This document shows positions 16,129 to 26,141 of a stretch of DNA of 44,152 nt, piece after piece. The DNA is from Candidatus Alloclostridium intestinigallinarum (GTDB lineage: Bacteria; Bacillota; Clostridia; Christensenellales; UBA3700): the NCBI GenBank assembly GCA_904393845.1, contig CAJFNB010000003.1, positions 1 through 44,152 of the forward strand. Reading direction: 5' to 3'. A program made the translations under genes and the position numbers. The first letter of the stretch is position 1, and each line of letters opens with the position of its first letter. The notes under the pieces are model-generated. The model was not told where the DNA came from, searched no databases, and saw nothing but the letters and a program-made list of their open reading frames with translations.

Positions 16129-17814
16129 TGAAAGCGATTTTTTATAGTTGTCGGCATACTCCTTCATCTCGGCGGCGTGTAAAAGAGCGTGTTTGCTGTA
16201 CTGCGCACCGCCTATCAGACGGGATATTTCTGACAGCATACCTTCCCTGTCCAGAAGTGTGAGGCCGGTAAACGTGTTACCGCCCTTTACCGATTTGGAT
16301 ATGAGATACTGTTCGTCCGCCATGGAAGCAAGCTGCGGCAGATGCGTTACCGCGAGGACCTGTTTTCCGCGCGAAATATTGTACAGCTTTTCCGCCACTA
16401 TCTGCGCCGTTTCGCCGCTGATACCCGTATCTATCTCGTCGAATATCATCGTCTGGATACCGAAACCGGAGGGAAGACTGTTTTTCATCGCCAGCATAAA
16501 ACGCGACAGCTCGCCGCCGGAAATTATCTTTGACAAAGGTCGCGGGGGCTGTCCGCTGTTCGCGGAGAACAAAAACTGCACTTCATCGCTGCCCGACTTT
16601 TCAAAACGAATCGTTTCTTTCTCCGGTACAGGCGCAAATTCGACGGTGAAAACGGCGTTCTTCATTCCGAGGCTTTTAAGCTCGCCCGTTACGCTTTCGG
16701 CAAAAGATTTAGCTGCTTTCAGACGTATAGAACTTATTTTAAGAGTATTTGCATACAGTTTATCCGTCATTACCGCAATTTTTTTATCGAATTTTTCACA
16801 TTCGGCAACCGCGTCCTCATATTTTGCACGTCTGTCTTTCAATCTGCCGAGTTCGGACAATATATCTTCGACGGAAGAGCCGTACTTGCGTTTAAGCGAG
16901 TTGATTTTCGCAATTCTCTCTTCCACGTAACGCGCTTTTTCTTCGTCAAAATCTGCGTCGTCCAGCAAAGCGTTGAGTTCGCCGGATATATCGTCGAGTT
17001 CTATTACAACCGCGTCCAGCCTTTCAATCAAAGGAGAAATTTTCGGCTCGAAATCGGTTATCCTGCCGAGTTCCTTCATTGATGACGAGGCTCGTTCAAC
17101 CGCTCCGTTTTCTCCGTCAAGATACTCGCGCGCGGCTTGGAGAGCGGTAAGATATGATTCGTAATTGTTCAGTTTCCTGCGCGTTGCGTGCAGCTCTTCC
17201 TCCTCGCCTTCTTTTAAGTCCGCTTCCTCTATTTCGTTTATCTTAAAGTCAAGATACTCCTTATCTTCGGAAGCAAGTTCCTTATACTCGGCGATTTTAG
17301 CCTTATAGCCGTAATATTCGTCGCACAAAGCTGACTGTTCGTTCAATGCTGCGGTCAGATTTTCGCCGGCAAAGCCGTCTACAACCGCCAGATGGTTTGC
17401 GGGATTGAGCAGACTTACCGATTCGTGCTGGCCGTATATGTCCGCAAGGTGTGCGGATAAGCCGCGCAGCATGGAAAGCGTAACTTTACGTCCGTTGACG
17501 CGGCAAACGCTTGCACCGTCTTCCGACATGGTGCGCGAAAGCATAAGTTCGCCCTCGTCTTCTATGCCGTATTCGTCCAAAAGTTCTCTGATTTGCGGCG
17601 TCGGTTCGTTGAAATACGCCGATACGCGCGCGGTTTTTTCGCCGTAGCGTATAAGAGATTTGTCGGCGCGCGTGCCGAGAACGAAATTTACGCTGTCGAT
17701 TATGATGGATTTGCCCGCGCCCGTTTCACCGGAAAGTATGTTCAGTCCTTTGCCGAATTCCACTTCCAGCCTGTCGATAAGCGCAACGTTTTCAATAGAT
17801 AAAGTGGTAAGCAT
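16126..17814 (-). CDS. recN: DNA repair protein RecN
   Basis: SGETGAGKS Walker A, ISGGELSR, IFDEIDTG and VTHLPQLA; long coiled coil. Confidence 0.97.
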   Translation of the reverse strand: MLTTLSIENVALIDRLEVEFGKGLNILSGETGAGKSIIIDSVNFVLGTRADKSLIRYGEKTARVSAYFNEPTPQIRELLDEYGIEDEGELMLSRTMSEDGASVCRVNGRKVTLSMLRGLSAHLADIYGQHESVSLLNPANHLAVVDGFAGENLTAALNEQSALCDEYYGYKAKIAEYKELASEDKEYLDFKINEIEEADLKEGEEEELHATRRKLNNYESYLTALQAAREYLDGENGAVERASSSMKELGRITDFEPKISPLIERLDAVVIELDDISGELNALLDDADFDEEKARYVEERIAKINSLKRKYGSSVEDILSELGRLKDRRAKYEDAVAECEKFDKKIAVMTDKLYANTLKISSIRLKAAKSFAESVTGELKSLGMKNAVFTVEFAPVPEKETIRFEKSGSDEVQFLFSANSGQPPRPLSKIISGGELSRFMLAMKNSLPSGFGIQTMIFDEIDTGISGETAQIVAEKLYNISRGKQVLAVTHLPQLASMADEQYLISKSVKGGNTFTGLTLLDREGMLSEISRLIGGAQYSKHALLHAAEMKEYADNYKKSLS

Positions 17815-18266
17815 TATTCCAGATTGCTTTCAAGTTGAATCTTGACGTTTTCCGCGTTTTCTTCCGTATCGCAGACGATCAGAATGGTGTCGTCGCCCGC
17901 AACGCTGCCCAAAACGTGTTCGTAGCTCATCGAATCGACGAAAGCGCCCGCCGTGCCTGCCGTGCCGGTCACGGTGCGGATAACGATGAGATTGCCTGCG
18001 CGTGATATCGCCACTACGGCCTGTCTGAACATCGTGCCGAATTTACCGAGAGTATTCGGACGCGCGTTTTCTACCAGAGAATACTTATAACTACCGGCTA
18101 CTGTCTGGCTTTTTATAAGCCCCAGGTCCTTGATGTCGCGCGAAACAGTCGCCTGAGTGACGTTATATCCCGACTGTTGCAGTAAGGTTACAAGCTCTTC
18201 CTGCGTGTCGATGTCGCGCTCCTTGATAAGTTCGATTATTCTGCGTTGTCTTGCATTCCTTGTCAT
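17814..18266 (-). CDS. argR: Arginine repressor
   Basis: TQEEL, VTQATVSRDIKDL and GSVAGDDT motifs. Confidence 0.96.
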   Translation of the reverse strand: MTRNARQRRIIELIKERDIDTQEELVTLLQQSGYNVTQATVSRDIKDLGLIKSQTVAGSYKYSLVENARPNTLGKFGTMFRQAVVAISRAGNLIVIRTVTGTAGTAGAFVDSMSYEHVLGSVAGDDTILIVCDTEENAENVKIQLESNLE

Positions 18267-18267
18267 A

Positions 18268-19068
18268 TCAGCTCCAATTACTCAGTTTGTGCAGAAGTCT
18301 GTTATAGAAGTTCTGCTTTGTGAATCTTATAAATTCGGCGTTTCTTTTCGCCTTGCTTATCTGTAAATTTATGCTTCCGCAACCGCTTTCCACGATAGTG
18401 CCGTCTATCACAAGATTCAGTCCTTCGCTATCGCTTTTCAACGTAATGACGCTTCCGCTGTCCACGACTATCGGACACGAGTGCAGAGAATGGGGGCAGA
18501 TTGCGTTTATTATGAACGCTTCCACTTCGGGAGACAGCACAGGCCCGTTGCAAGCAAGAGAATAAGCGGTGGAGCCGGTGGGCGTGCTTACCAGCATACC
18601 GTCCGCCCTGACCTTATCGGCAAGAGTGCCGTCTATTTCAACGGTCACTTCCGCGACACGGCAAAGCGAGCCGGTAAGAGCCGCTTCGTTAAGCGCATAA
18701 TATTTTATACCGCCGCTTTCGATTTCAAGCATTATACGCTTTTCGACAAAATATTCGCCCGCGAGCAGTTTTTCTGCGGCTTCACGCATATTTTCGCAGC
18801 CTATTTCGGTCAAAAAGCCGACCTTACCCAAATTTACGCCGAGTATCGGTATATCTTTTTCCGCACACTCGCTGACTGCGCGGAGCATGGTTCCGTCACC
18901 GCCGAAGGCTATAACCGCGTCCGGGACAAAACCGGCGCAGTCGAGCGAAAATTTCTCGCTGACGCACAGAAAATACTCCGCCTGATATTTATCAAGCAAA
19001 TCGCACAGCTCTTTCGCGTGCTTTCCTGACTTGTCCTTATGCGGATTGCTGTATATTCCTATCTTCAT
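18268..19068 (-). CDS. nadK: NAD kinase
   Basis: GGDGTML, GKVGFL, ALNE and ADGMLVSTPTGSTAYSL motifs. Confidence 0.96.
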   Translation of the reverse strand: MKIGIYSNPHKDKSGKHAKELCDLLDKYQAEYFLCVSEKFSLDCAGFVPDAVIAFGGDGTMLRAVSECAEKDIPILGVNLGKVGFLTEIGCENMREAAEKLLAGEYFVEKRIMLEIESGGIKYYALNEAALTGSLCRVAEVTVEIDGTLADKVRADGMLVSTPTGSTAYSLACNGPVLSPEVEAFIINAICPHSLHSCPIVVDSGSVITLKSDSEGLNLVIDGTIVESGCGSINLQISKAKRNAEFIRFTKQNFYNRLLHKLSNWS

Positions 19069-19094
19069 AGTATGAATATTATACTATAAAATTT

Positions 19095-19823
19095 TTATTT
19101 ATACAACAGCTTTTTGGTAAAAAGTATTAAATATTCTATATTTTTATTCTCTCTTACCGGCGCAACGGTGAAATTTTCTTCAAGTAACCCGCAGGCTGCG
19201 GCGGCGCCGCGTATTTTATCGACTGCCCTTTCTCTTTCCCGCGCGTTTACGACTATTCCGCGCTTGCTCAGCGCCTTTTTTCCGACTTCGAACTGCGGCT
19301 TGATGAGGGCGATTACGTGTCCGCCTTCCCCTATCAACCCGGCCGCCGCGGGAAGAATGAGTTCAAGCGATATGAAACTTACGTCTATGCAGACGAAATC
19401 GCATTGCCCGCCCAGATTGTCGGTTGTCAGAAAACGGGCGTTTGTCTTATCCATTACCTTTACGCGCGGATCCGTTTTGAGTTTTTCGGGCAAAGCGCAC
19501 TCCCCCACGTCCACGGCGTACACTTTCGCCGCGCCGTTCATAAGCAGACAGGAGGTAAAGCCTCCGTTGGAAGCCCCTATATCCGCACATACCATATTTT
19601 CAACCGAAAAATTAAAATCGCGTAAAGCCTTGGCCAGCTTTTCTCCGCCGAAAGAAGCATATTCGGGAAATTTTTCTATCACCACGTCGTCGCCGTCGTC
19701 AACGGACGCCGCAGGTTTTTCTGCGGTTTTTCCGTTCAGACTGACCATGCCGCGCTCTATCATCTGTTTGGCTTTGGCGCGCGTTATCCCGTGCACCGAG
19801 GAAAGATACGCGTCAAGCCTCAT
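19095..19823 (-). CDS. tlyA: TlyA family rRNA 2'-O-methyltransferase
   Basis: S4 domain (MRLD), GGEKL, DIGASNGGFT, DVSFISL and LIKPQFEVG. Confidence 0.95.
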   Translation of the reverse strand: MRLDAYLSSVHGITRAKAKQMIERGMVSLNGKTAEKPAASVDDGDDVVIEKFPEYASFGGEKLAKALRDFNFSVENMVCADIGASNGGFTSCLLMNGAAKVYAVDVGECALPEKLKTDPRVKVMDKTNARFLTTDNLGGQCDFVCIDVSFISLELILPAAAGLIGEGGHVIALIKPQFEVGKKALSKRGIVVNARERERAVDKIRGAAAACGLLEENFTVAPVRENKNIEYLILFTKKLLYK

Positions 19824-21514
19824 TGTTTCAGGGAATTTACGGCGGCTAGCAGACTTTCTTCCGTAAAACCGTTCATCTGCATGAGCTGGCTTAAAGAAGC
19901 GTGCGTAAGTTTCGAACCGTCCGCGGCTTTTATTATCATACGCGGCACGGCTATGCCGTTTGCAATATAAAATTCGGCAACTCCGCTTCCGAATCCGCCG
20001 GGCTGTACGTTGTCTTCGAGAGTTATTATCTTTTTGCCCGCTATGGATTTGAGCAACTTCTCGTCCACGGGATTTACCGACCTGGCGTTCACCACGTCGA
20101 AACCGCCGTATTTATCGTGGACGGACATGGCAAAATCGTTCATGAGCGCGCCGCACGCAAGAACGACGACTTCTTCCCCGCCTTTCGCCAGCCATTCCCA
20201 GCTGCCCGGTCTGAAAGATTCGTGTACGGAATATTTATGCACGGGAACGTATTTTGGATAACGTATTGCCAAAGGGTGGTAAAAGTGTGCCGACCATTCG
20301 AGCATATTTTCAAGTTCCTCAAAATCCTTGGGCGCAAGAATCGTCATATTTTTGACGCTTCTGAGATAAGATATATCGTAAACGCCCTGGTGCGTTTCCC
20401 CGTCGCCGGGGACAAAGCCCGCCCTGTCTATACACAGAGTTATCGCGCAGTCGTTCAGGCACATATCGTGAATTACCTGGTCGTAGGCGCGTTGGAGGAA
20501 GGATGAGTACACGGCAAAATAAGGTTTTGCTCCGCTTATCGCCATTCCGCTTGCCATACACAGGGCGTGTTCTTCCGCAATGCCTACGTCCACGAACTGT
20601 CCCGGAAGTTCGCTGCGGATTTTTTCAAGCCCGGTTCCGTCCGCCATCGCCGCGGTAATTGCGCATATCTTATCGTCTCTTTTTGCAAGTTCAAGCAGTT
20701 TTCCGCCCATACACGAGCTGAACGACCCTCCCGAAGAAGGAGAAGGAGAATAGCTGTGGTATTTGTCGGGGAATTTTTCCGCCTCGGCATAACCTTTGCC
20801 CTTTTGGGTGTGCACGTTGATTATAATGCTGTTCCTGCAATCGCGCGCATAGGTGAAAGCCTTGATAAGTTCTTCTATATTGTGACCGTCTACCGAGCCG
20901 TAATATTTTATCCCGTATTCCCTGAACGGCTGCCTTACGGAATCAAGATCGCGCAGATATTCCGCAACGCTGCCAACGTTTTTGGATATGGACATATCGT
21001 TGTTGTTGATTATAGCGATAAATTTCTTTCCGATAGCCTTTACGTCGTTGAACGCCTCGTAAATCAAACCGCCCGTCATGGCTCCGTCGCCTATCAGAGC
21101 GACTATCTGCGCGCCGTCGTGTCCGTACCTGAGCATACCGCACGCAAGCGACGCCGACGTGGAGGAATGTCCCGTATTAGCCGCGTCGTATACGCTTTCT
21201 TCACGCTTGGGGAAGCCGGCTATACCGTCTTTGGTGCGCAAAGTGGCGAATTCGTCCTTGCGGCCGGTAAGAATTTTATGGGCATAGCACTGGTGTCCCA
21301 CGTCAAGAATCAGCCTGTCTTTTTTGAAATCGAATACGTAATGCAGGGCCACCGTAAGTTCCACCACTCCCAGATTGGAAGACAGGTGTCCGCCCTTGGA
21401 AAGCACTACTTGCAAAATGAGATCACGTATTTCCCGTGCCAGCTCGTTCAGCATAGGCACGTCGAAAGATTTGATATCTTCGGGTGAATTTACCAGATCC
21501 AATAGATTGCTCAT
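19820..21514 (-). CDS. dxs: 1-deoxy-D-xylulose-5-phosphate synthase
   Basis: GGHLSSNLG, DVGHQCY, GDGAMTGG...NNNDMSI, DVGIAEEH, DRAG, GETHQG and IRYP. Confidence 0.96.
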   Translation of the reverse strand: MSNLLDLVNSPEDIKSFDVPMLNELAREIRDLILQVVLSKGGHLSSNLGVVELTVALHYVFDFKKDRLILDVGHQCYAHKILTGRKDEFATLRTKDGIAGFPKREESVYDAANTGHSSTSASLACGMLRYGHDGAQIVALIGDGAMTGGLIYEAFNDVKAIGKKFIAIINNNDMSISKNVGSVAEYLRDLDSVRQPFREYGIKYYGSVDGHNIEELIKAFTYARDCRNSIIINVHTQKGKGYAEAEKFPDKYHSYSPSPSSGGSFSSCMGGKLLELAKRDDKICAITAAMADGTGLEKIRSELPGQFVDVGIAEEHALCMASGMAISGAKPYFAVYSSFLQRAYDQVIHDMCLNDCAITLCIDRAGFVPGDGETHQGVYDISYLRSVKNMTILAPKDFEELENMLEWSAHFYHPLAIRYPKYVPVHKYSVHESFRPGSWEWLAKGGEEVVVLACGALMNDFAMSVHDKYGGFDVVNARSVNPVDEKLLKSIAGKKIITLEDNVQPGGFGSGVAEFYIANGIAVPRMIIKAADGSKLTHASLSQLMQMNGFTEESLLAAVNSLKQ

Positions 21515-22116
21515 TTGCGTAGTTCCTTATTCTTTTTGTTCTTAGGTTTGTATACGTATGACAGCGCTTTTGCGGTCATTACGACGTATTTGTCGGCATT
21601 TTTAACGGCGACGCCCTTCATGAACGCCTTTCCGCCCACGGTAATTGCCGCGACAACCGCCGAAGTAAGCGTGGGAAGTACGTTTCCGCCCGCACCCCAC
21701 TCTCTGACAAGTCCGGCTGCCAGCACCGCTCCGCAGGCTCCGCTGAGTACTCCGCATATGTCGCCGATCACGTCCGCGCATACGCTGTTCACCTTTTCGG
21801 CGTTAGAGATAAGCCCCATTGCTATTTTAGCACGCTTTGCGTCATATTGCAAAAGTTTTTTCACTTCGCCCTTATCGCACGAGGTGACGGAAACGCCTAT
21901 TCCGTCGAACACGACCGATACGAGCATCATGAACAGCAGCAGCATTATCGAAACCGTAAGATCCGTGTACGTTGTCACCGCCTGCGAAAAGATACTGCTG
22001 GCAAGCGACAGGCAAAAGGTTACCGGCGTTATTTTCAGCGCCCAGGACGTTGCTCCGGTACGCTTCGACTTTACTTTGTTTGCGGGTTTGCACCCCTCAT
22101 TACGAATATTCCGCAC
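21511..22116 (-). CDS. Conserved ~4-TM membrane protein (stand-alone CNNM-TM/DUF21-like); start uncertain
   Basis: FDGIGVSVT...KVNSVCADVIGDICGVLSG...AAITVGGKA; hydrophobic segments; stop overlaps the dxs start. Confidence 0.6.
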   Translation of the reverse strand: MRNIRNEGCKPANKVKSKRTGATSWALKITPVTFCLSLASSIFSQAVTTYTDLTVSIMLLLFMMLVSVVFDGIGVSVTSCDKGEVKKLLQYDAKRAKIAMGLISNAEKVNSVCADVIGDICGVLSGACGAVLAAGLVREWGAGGNVLPTLTSAVVAAITVGGKAFMKGVAVKNADKYVVMTAKALSYVYKPKNKKNKELRK

Positions 22117-22121
22117 GATTA

Positions 22122-22150
22122 ATTATATTTGCGGAGATATGCGATTATAC
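22122..22150 (-). promoter_or_regulatory. Candidate sigmaE-type promoter
   Basis: Minus strand GTATAAT-14-AATATAAT, the same layout as the spoIIIAA promoter. Confidence 0.35.
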
Positions 22151-23004
22151 TATTTTACCCTGCCTGCCAGATAGTCCGCAAAGCGCGTGAGTTCTTCCGC
22201 TCGCGGACCGTATTTTGCAATTGCACGCTTGCATTCGGCATTTATCCTATATGCCGCTTTCATTGCTCCATCTATACCTAGAAGCGACACATATGTGACT
22301 TTTCCGTTCTTTTCGTCCTGTCCGGCGCTCTTTCCGAGCACTTCCGCGGAAGATTGGGCGTCCAGAATATCGTCCACTATCTGGAACACCTTTCCAAGAC
22401 AGTCGGCATACAGTTCGAGAGAAGAAACGAGTTCTTCGTCCGCGCCGCATATCATTGCGCCTCCTGCGAGCGCGGCTTTGAAAAGCGCGGAAGTTTTAAG
22501 GGAATTGATCTTATCCAGCTGGCTTACCCCTTCCACTCCGGCATTGTCCGAATTGGCAAGGTCGAGGCATTGTCCGCCCACCATACCGCACATTCCGCTC
22601 TGCGTTGCGATATATCCTGCCGCTCTGCCGGCGCCGCCGATGCACTCGAACGCCAGGTTGAGCAGCGCGTCGCCCGCAAGCACCGCGGTTCCTTCACCGA
22701 ACGCCTTGTGCACGGTAGGGCGACCGCGGCGCAGATCGTCGTCGTCCATACACGGCAAATCGTCGTGTATGAGCGAATAATTATGGATAAATTCCACCGC
22801 GAGCGCAACTTTATCGGCCTTTTCAGGCTCTGCCCCCGCCATACGCGCGCCCATGTAAGCCAATGCGGGGCGCACTCTCTTACCTCCCTCAGACACCGCG
22901 TAGACTACCGCGTCCCATACTGGAGAAAACTTTACGGGGTATGCGTTCAGATAGTCGGAAAGTACGCGTTCAAACCGCTCTATATACAAATTCAGGTTAT
23001 TCAC
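22150..23004 (-). CDS. ispA: Polyprenyl diphosphate synthase (geranyltranstransferase)
   Basis: GGKRVRP, FARM HDDLPCMDDDDLRRG, GQ, KT and SARM FQIVDDILD. Confidence 0.95.
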   Translation of the reverse strand: MNNLNLYIERFERVLSDYLNAYPVKFSPVWDAVVYAVSEGGKRVRPALAYMGARMAGAEPEKADKVALAVEFIHNYSLIHDDLPCMDDDDLRRGRPTVHKAFGEGTAVLAGDALLNLAFECIGGAGRAAGYIATQSGMCGMVGGQCLDLANSDNAGVEGVSQLDKINSLKTSALFKAALAGGAMICGADEELVSSLELYADCLGKVFQIVDDILDAQSSAEVLGKSAGQDEKNGKVTYVSLLGIDGAMKAAYRINAECKRAIAKYGPRAEELTRFADYLAGRVK

Positions 23005-23215
23005 CGCCGTCCTCTCCGTCCGAAATGCGAAGTTTTTCCAGTCTTTCAGAAAGTTCGGTAACCTTACCGGAGCTTTCTTCCAGCTTCTTCATGCACTCTT
23101 CCGCAAGTTTAACGCCCTCGTCGAACAGTTTCAGACCTTCGTCCAGGGACGTGTCCTTATCCTCCATTTTATCGGCAATCTGTTCGAGTTTTTTCAAATT
23201 CTGTTCAAACGTCAT
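22997..23215 (-). CDS. xseB: Exodeoxyribonuclease VII small subunit
   Basis: MTFEQNLKKLEQI...SLDEGLKLFDEGVKL; located between xseA and ispA. Confidence 0.95.
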   Translation of the reverse strand: MTFEQNLKKLEQIADKMEDKDTSLDEGLKLFDEGVKLAEECMKKLEESSGKVTELSERLEKLRISDGEDGGE

Positions 23216-24389
23216 TTTTCACCTCTTTAACCACCGCGCTTGCCCTGCCGTCGCTGCCGGTAAGCGTGATTTCCTCACCGCACGCGAGTTCGGCAACGCG
23301 AGTGACTTCGCCTTGTTTATTGTGAATTATAAAGTATCCCCTTTTCAACATATTCTCGGGGTTGAGAATTTTCAGCCTTATTTCTTCCTGTTTCAGCTTA
23401 GCCTGCATATCTTTCAGATTAGTCTTTAACGAATAGGAAATTTTATCCGCAACGCCGAACACCTGCGACCTTGCCAAAGCTATGCTCTCACGCGAGCGTG
23501 CGCTCATGCGCATACTTAAATGAAGTAAATCCGAACGCATACGCGCTATTTTCCCTTCAAGTCTGTCTTTACAGGAATAGATTGTATCGTATATGAATGC
23601 GGTTATCTCCCTGCTGTCAAAGGCAAGCATATTGCCCGCCGCGGTGGGCGTTGCAGCCCTGACGTCCGCTACAAGGTCACACAGCGTATAGTCGGTTTCG
23701 TGTCCGACGGCGGATATGACGGGCGTCTGTGCGGCGTAAATCGCCCTGACAAGATTTTCGTCGTTGAACGGCATTAACTCTTCCATCGAGCCGCCTCCGC
23801 GCGCTATCACGATTACGTCGTATCCCTGCTTGTCCGCCCTGGCAAGCACTTCGCATATCTTTGCCGCGGCGCCGGCTCCCTGCACGGGCACGTCGGCAAT
23901 ATCTATATCGGTATACGAGTTCTTCGCCCGCATTGTTGTGACGATATCGCGTCTTACCGCTCCGGCAAGCGATGTGAGCACGCATACCCGTTTCGGGTAC
24001 GGCGGAATTTGTTTTTTATGTCCCTCGTCGAAAAAACCTTCCTCCGCAAGGCGTTTTTTCAAAAGTTCGAGTTTGAGCGCAAGCGCACCTTCGCCTACGG
24101 GTTTTATGCTTCGCGCAATGAACGAAATTTTTCCCATTTTCGGCCAGTAGTCGATACTGCCGAAAATAACCACGGCTTCGCCGTTTTTCGGCATATATAT
24201 ATTTTTAACGCCGAAACAGGTACAGGCAATCTTGCAATTTTCATCCTTTATGTCGAAAAATGCGTTGTTGCCTTTTATGGAAAAACCGCTCACTTCTCCG
24301 ACGACGGATATGTCGCGGAGAAGTTCCTCCGCGATGAAAATGTTCTTTATATAACTGTTCAGAACGGTTACGCTGAGTATGTTTTGCAT
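23205..24389 (-). CDS. xseA: Exodeoxyribonuclease VII large subunit
   Basis: GEVSGF, VQG, ARGGGSMEEL, SAVGHETD and ADVRAATPTAA; real start ATG 24389 is coupled to the folD stop (TAATG). Confidence 0.95.
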   Translation of the reverse strand: MQNILSVTVLNSYIKNIFIAEELLRDISVVGEVSGFSIKGNNAFFDIKDENCKIACTCFGVKNIYMPKNGEAVVIFGSIDYWPKMGKISFIARSIKPVGEGALALKLELLKKRLAEEGFFDEGHKKQIPPYPKRVCVLTSLAGAVRRDIVTTMRAKNSYTDIDIADVPVQGAGAAAKICEVLARADKQGYDVIVIARGGGSMEELMPFNDENLVRAIYAAQTPVISAVGHETDYTLCDLVADVRAATPTAAGNMLAFDSREITAFIYDTIYSCKDRLEGKIARMRSDLLHLSMRMSARSRESIALARSQVFGVADKISYSLKTNLKDMQAKLKQEEIRLKILNPENMLKRGYFIIHNKQGEVTRVAELACGEEITLTGSDGRASAVVKEVKNDV

Positions 24390-25234
24390 TATGACAGCCT
24401 GTTTTTCGCCGCGCTCAAAGTATTCGCCAGCAGCATAGTGATCGTCATCGGACCGACACCGCCCGGTACGGGAGTGATAAAGGAACACTTGGGTGCGACT
24501 TCTTCAAAATCAACGTCGCCCACGAGTTTGCCGTCTACCCTGTTTATGCCTACGTCGATTACGACGGCTCCCTCTTTTACCATATCGCCCTTTAAGAATT
24601 TGGGTCTGCCGATCGCCACGACCACGATGTCGGCTTTTCTCGTATAGCTTGCCAGATCTTTCGTCTTACTGTGGCAGACGGTGACGGTGCAGTTTGCATT
24701 GAGAAGCAGCATTGCCATAGGTTTTCCGACGGTATTCGACCTGCCTATGACGACGGCGTCCTTGCCCGCAAGTTCCACACCGGTGGAAGCGAGCAAATGC
24801 ATAACGCCGAGCGGCGTACAGGAAACGGTATTGGGCATATTCATGGACAAAAGTCCCGTATTGGTGGGACTGAAGCCGTCCACGTCCTTGCTGTCGGGAA
24901 TAAGCGAAAGCAGATATTTTTCGTCGTACCCTTTGGGAAGAGGCAGCTGAACCAGAATTCCGTCCACCCCGTCGTCTTCCGCAAGACTGCGGATATAGGC
25001 GGCTATCTCTTCCTGGGGAGTGCCGTTTTCGTACTTCTGACATATAGAGCGGAATCCGACCTGCGCACACCCTTTTATCTTGTTGTTTACATAGGTGTGC
25101 GACGCGGGATCGTCGCCTACGATTATTACCGCCAAAGCGGGCACTCTGCCGAATTGTCTGTTGAATTCTACGGTTTTTTCCGCCAGATCCTGCCTGATGT
25201 CCGCCGAAACCGCCTTACCGCTTATCAGTTGCAT
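24389..25234 (-). CDS. folD: Methylenetetrahydrofolate dehydrogenase/cyclohydrolase
   Basis: YVNNK, GILVQLPLP, KDVDG, CTPLG, GRSNTVGKP and TPVPGGVGPMT. Confidence 0.97.
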   Translation of the reverse strand: MQLISGKAVSADIRQDLAEKTVEFNRQFGRVPALAVIIVGDDPASHTYVNNKIKGCAQVGFRSICQKYENGTPQEEIAAYIRSLAEDDGVDGILVQLPLPKGYDEKYLLSLIPDSKDVDGFSPTNTGLLSMNMPNTVSCTPLGVMHLLASTGVELAGKDAVVIGRSNTVGKPMAMLLLNANCTVTVCHSKTKDLASYTRKADIVVVAIGRPKFLKGDMVKEGAVVIDVGINRVDGKLVGDVDFEEVAPKCSFITPVPGGVGPMTITMLLANTLSAAKNRLS

Positions 25235-25237
25235 ATT

Positions 25238-25642
25238 TTACGCCTCCAATTTTTTGTATACGCCCGCAAGTACGCCGTTTACAAACGCCGCGCTTTTTTC
25301 CGTAGAGTAACTTTTGACAAGTTCGAGCACTTCGCTGACGGATACGGGCATAGGTATATCGTCCATATATTTCATTTCATACGCCGCAAGCAAAAGCGCC
25401 GCCAGATCGGGTCTGAATATGCGCTCCGGGTTAAATCCCGTCGTGCAGGACGAAATAAGTTCAACAAGTTCGTCGAAGTGGTCGATCACCCCGTCGTAGA
25501 CCGTTTGGATATAATTTTTGTCCGCCTGGGTAATATTCGAGTCCGCACAGACGATGTCAAGCGTAAAACCGTCCCTTTCTTTGCGGAAAAGATATTCGAA
25601 AATCAACTTATACGCGCTGTCTCTTGCAATTCTTCTGCTCAT
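25238..25642 (-). CDS. nusB: Transcription antitermination factor NusB
   Basis: N-terminal SRRIARD Arg motif and FVNGVL. Confidence 0.93.
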   Translation of the reverse strand: MSRRIARDSAYKLIFEYLFRKERDGFTLDIVCADSNITQADKNYIQTVYDGVIDHFDELVELISSCTTGFNPERIFRPDLAALLLAAYEMKYMDDIPMPVSVSEVLELVKSYSTEKSAAFVNGVLAGVYKKLEA

Positions 25643-25696
25643 ACAAACCTCTTTGGTATAAAAAGCCCCGCCGCCGCTTCCGCGGCAGCGAGGAAG

Positions 25697-26053
25697 TCAG
25701 TCATTGAAAACCACACCCGCGACAAATACGTTGATAGCTTTCACCTTGTAGTAGGTGGAACTTTCCACCGCCTGCTTTATCTGCTCCTGCATATCGCACA
25801 CGACCTGGGGAATCACGTAGCCGTAATAGACGTTTATCGCAATATCGATAGTAGCCATATCGTCCATAAGCGTAACGGTGATTGCGCTGGTCCTCTTCTT
25901 TCTCGACGGCGTGAACGCAGGTCCATTGTATCCGACTTCGTACGACACGGACGCCACCCCTTCCACCTGCGAAGCCACTCCGCAGGCGATAGAGGAAATC
26001 ACGCTCTGGTAAGTATCTTTATTTGACAGATCCTGCTTATTGCTGCTTGCCAT
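25697..26053 (-). CDS. Asp23/Gls24 family protein (YqhY-like)
   Basis: VISSIACGVASQVEGV...YGYVIPQVVCDMQEQIKQAVE...INVFVAGV; usual position before nusB; start set to 26053 after a GAGG RBS. Confidence 0.88.
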   Translation of the reverse strand: MASSNKQDLSNKDTYQSVISSIACGVASQVEGVASVSYEVGYNGPAFTPSRKKRTSAITVTLMDDMATIDIAINVYYGYVIPQVVCDMQEQIKQAVESSTYYKVKAINVFVAGVVFND

Positions 26054-26141
26054 ACTTCCTCTCTCGGGCACATATTATAATAATTATACCCTTATTGTAA
26101 TAAGTTTAACACATATAAAAGAAAATTACAAGTGTTTGCGA

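Noticed and set aside
24390-24488. N-terminal extension of XseA in the ORF track
   Set aside because: It overlaps folD out of frame; the TAATG coupling at 24389 gives the natural start.
24671-26026. 451-aa plus-strand ORF
   Set aside because: Antisense to folD, nusB and the asp23-family gene; shadow ORF.
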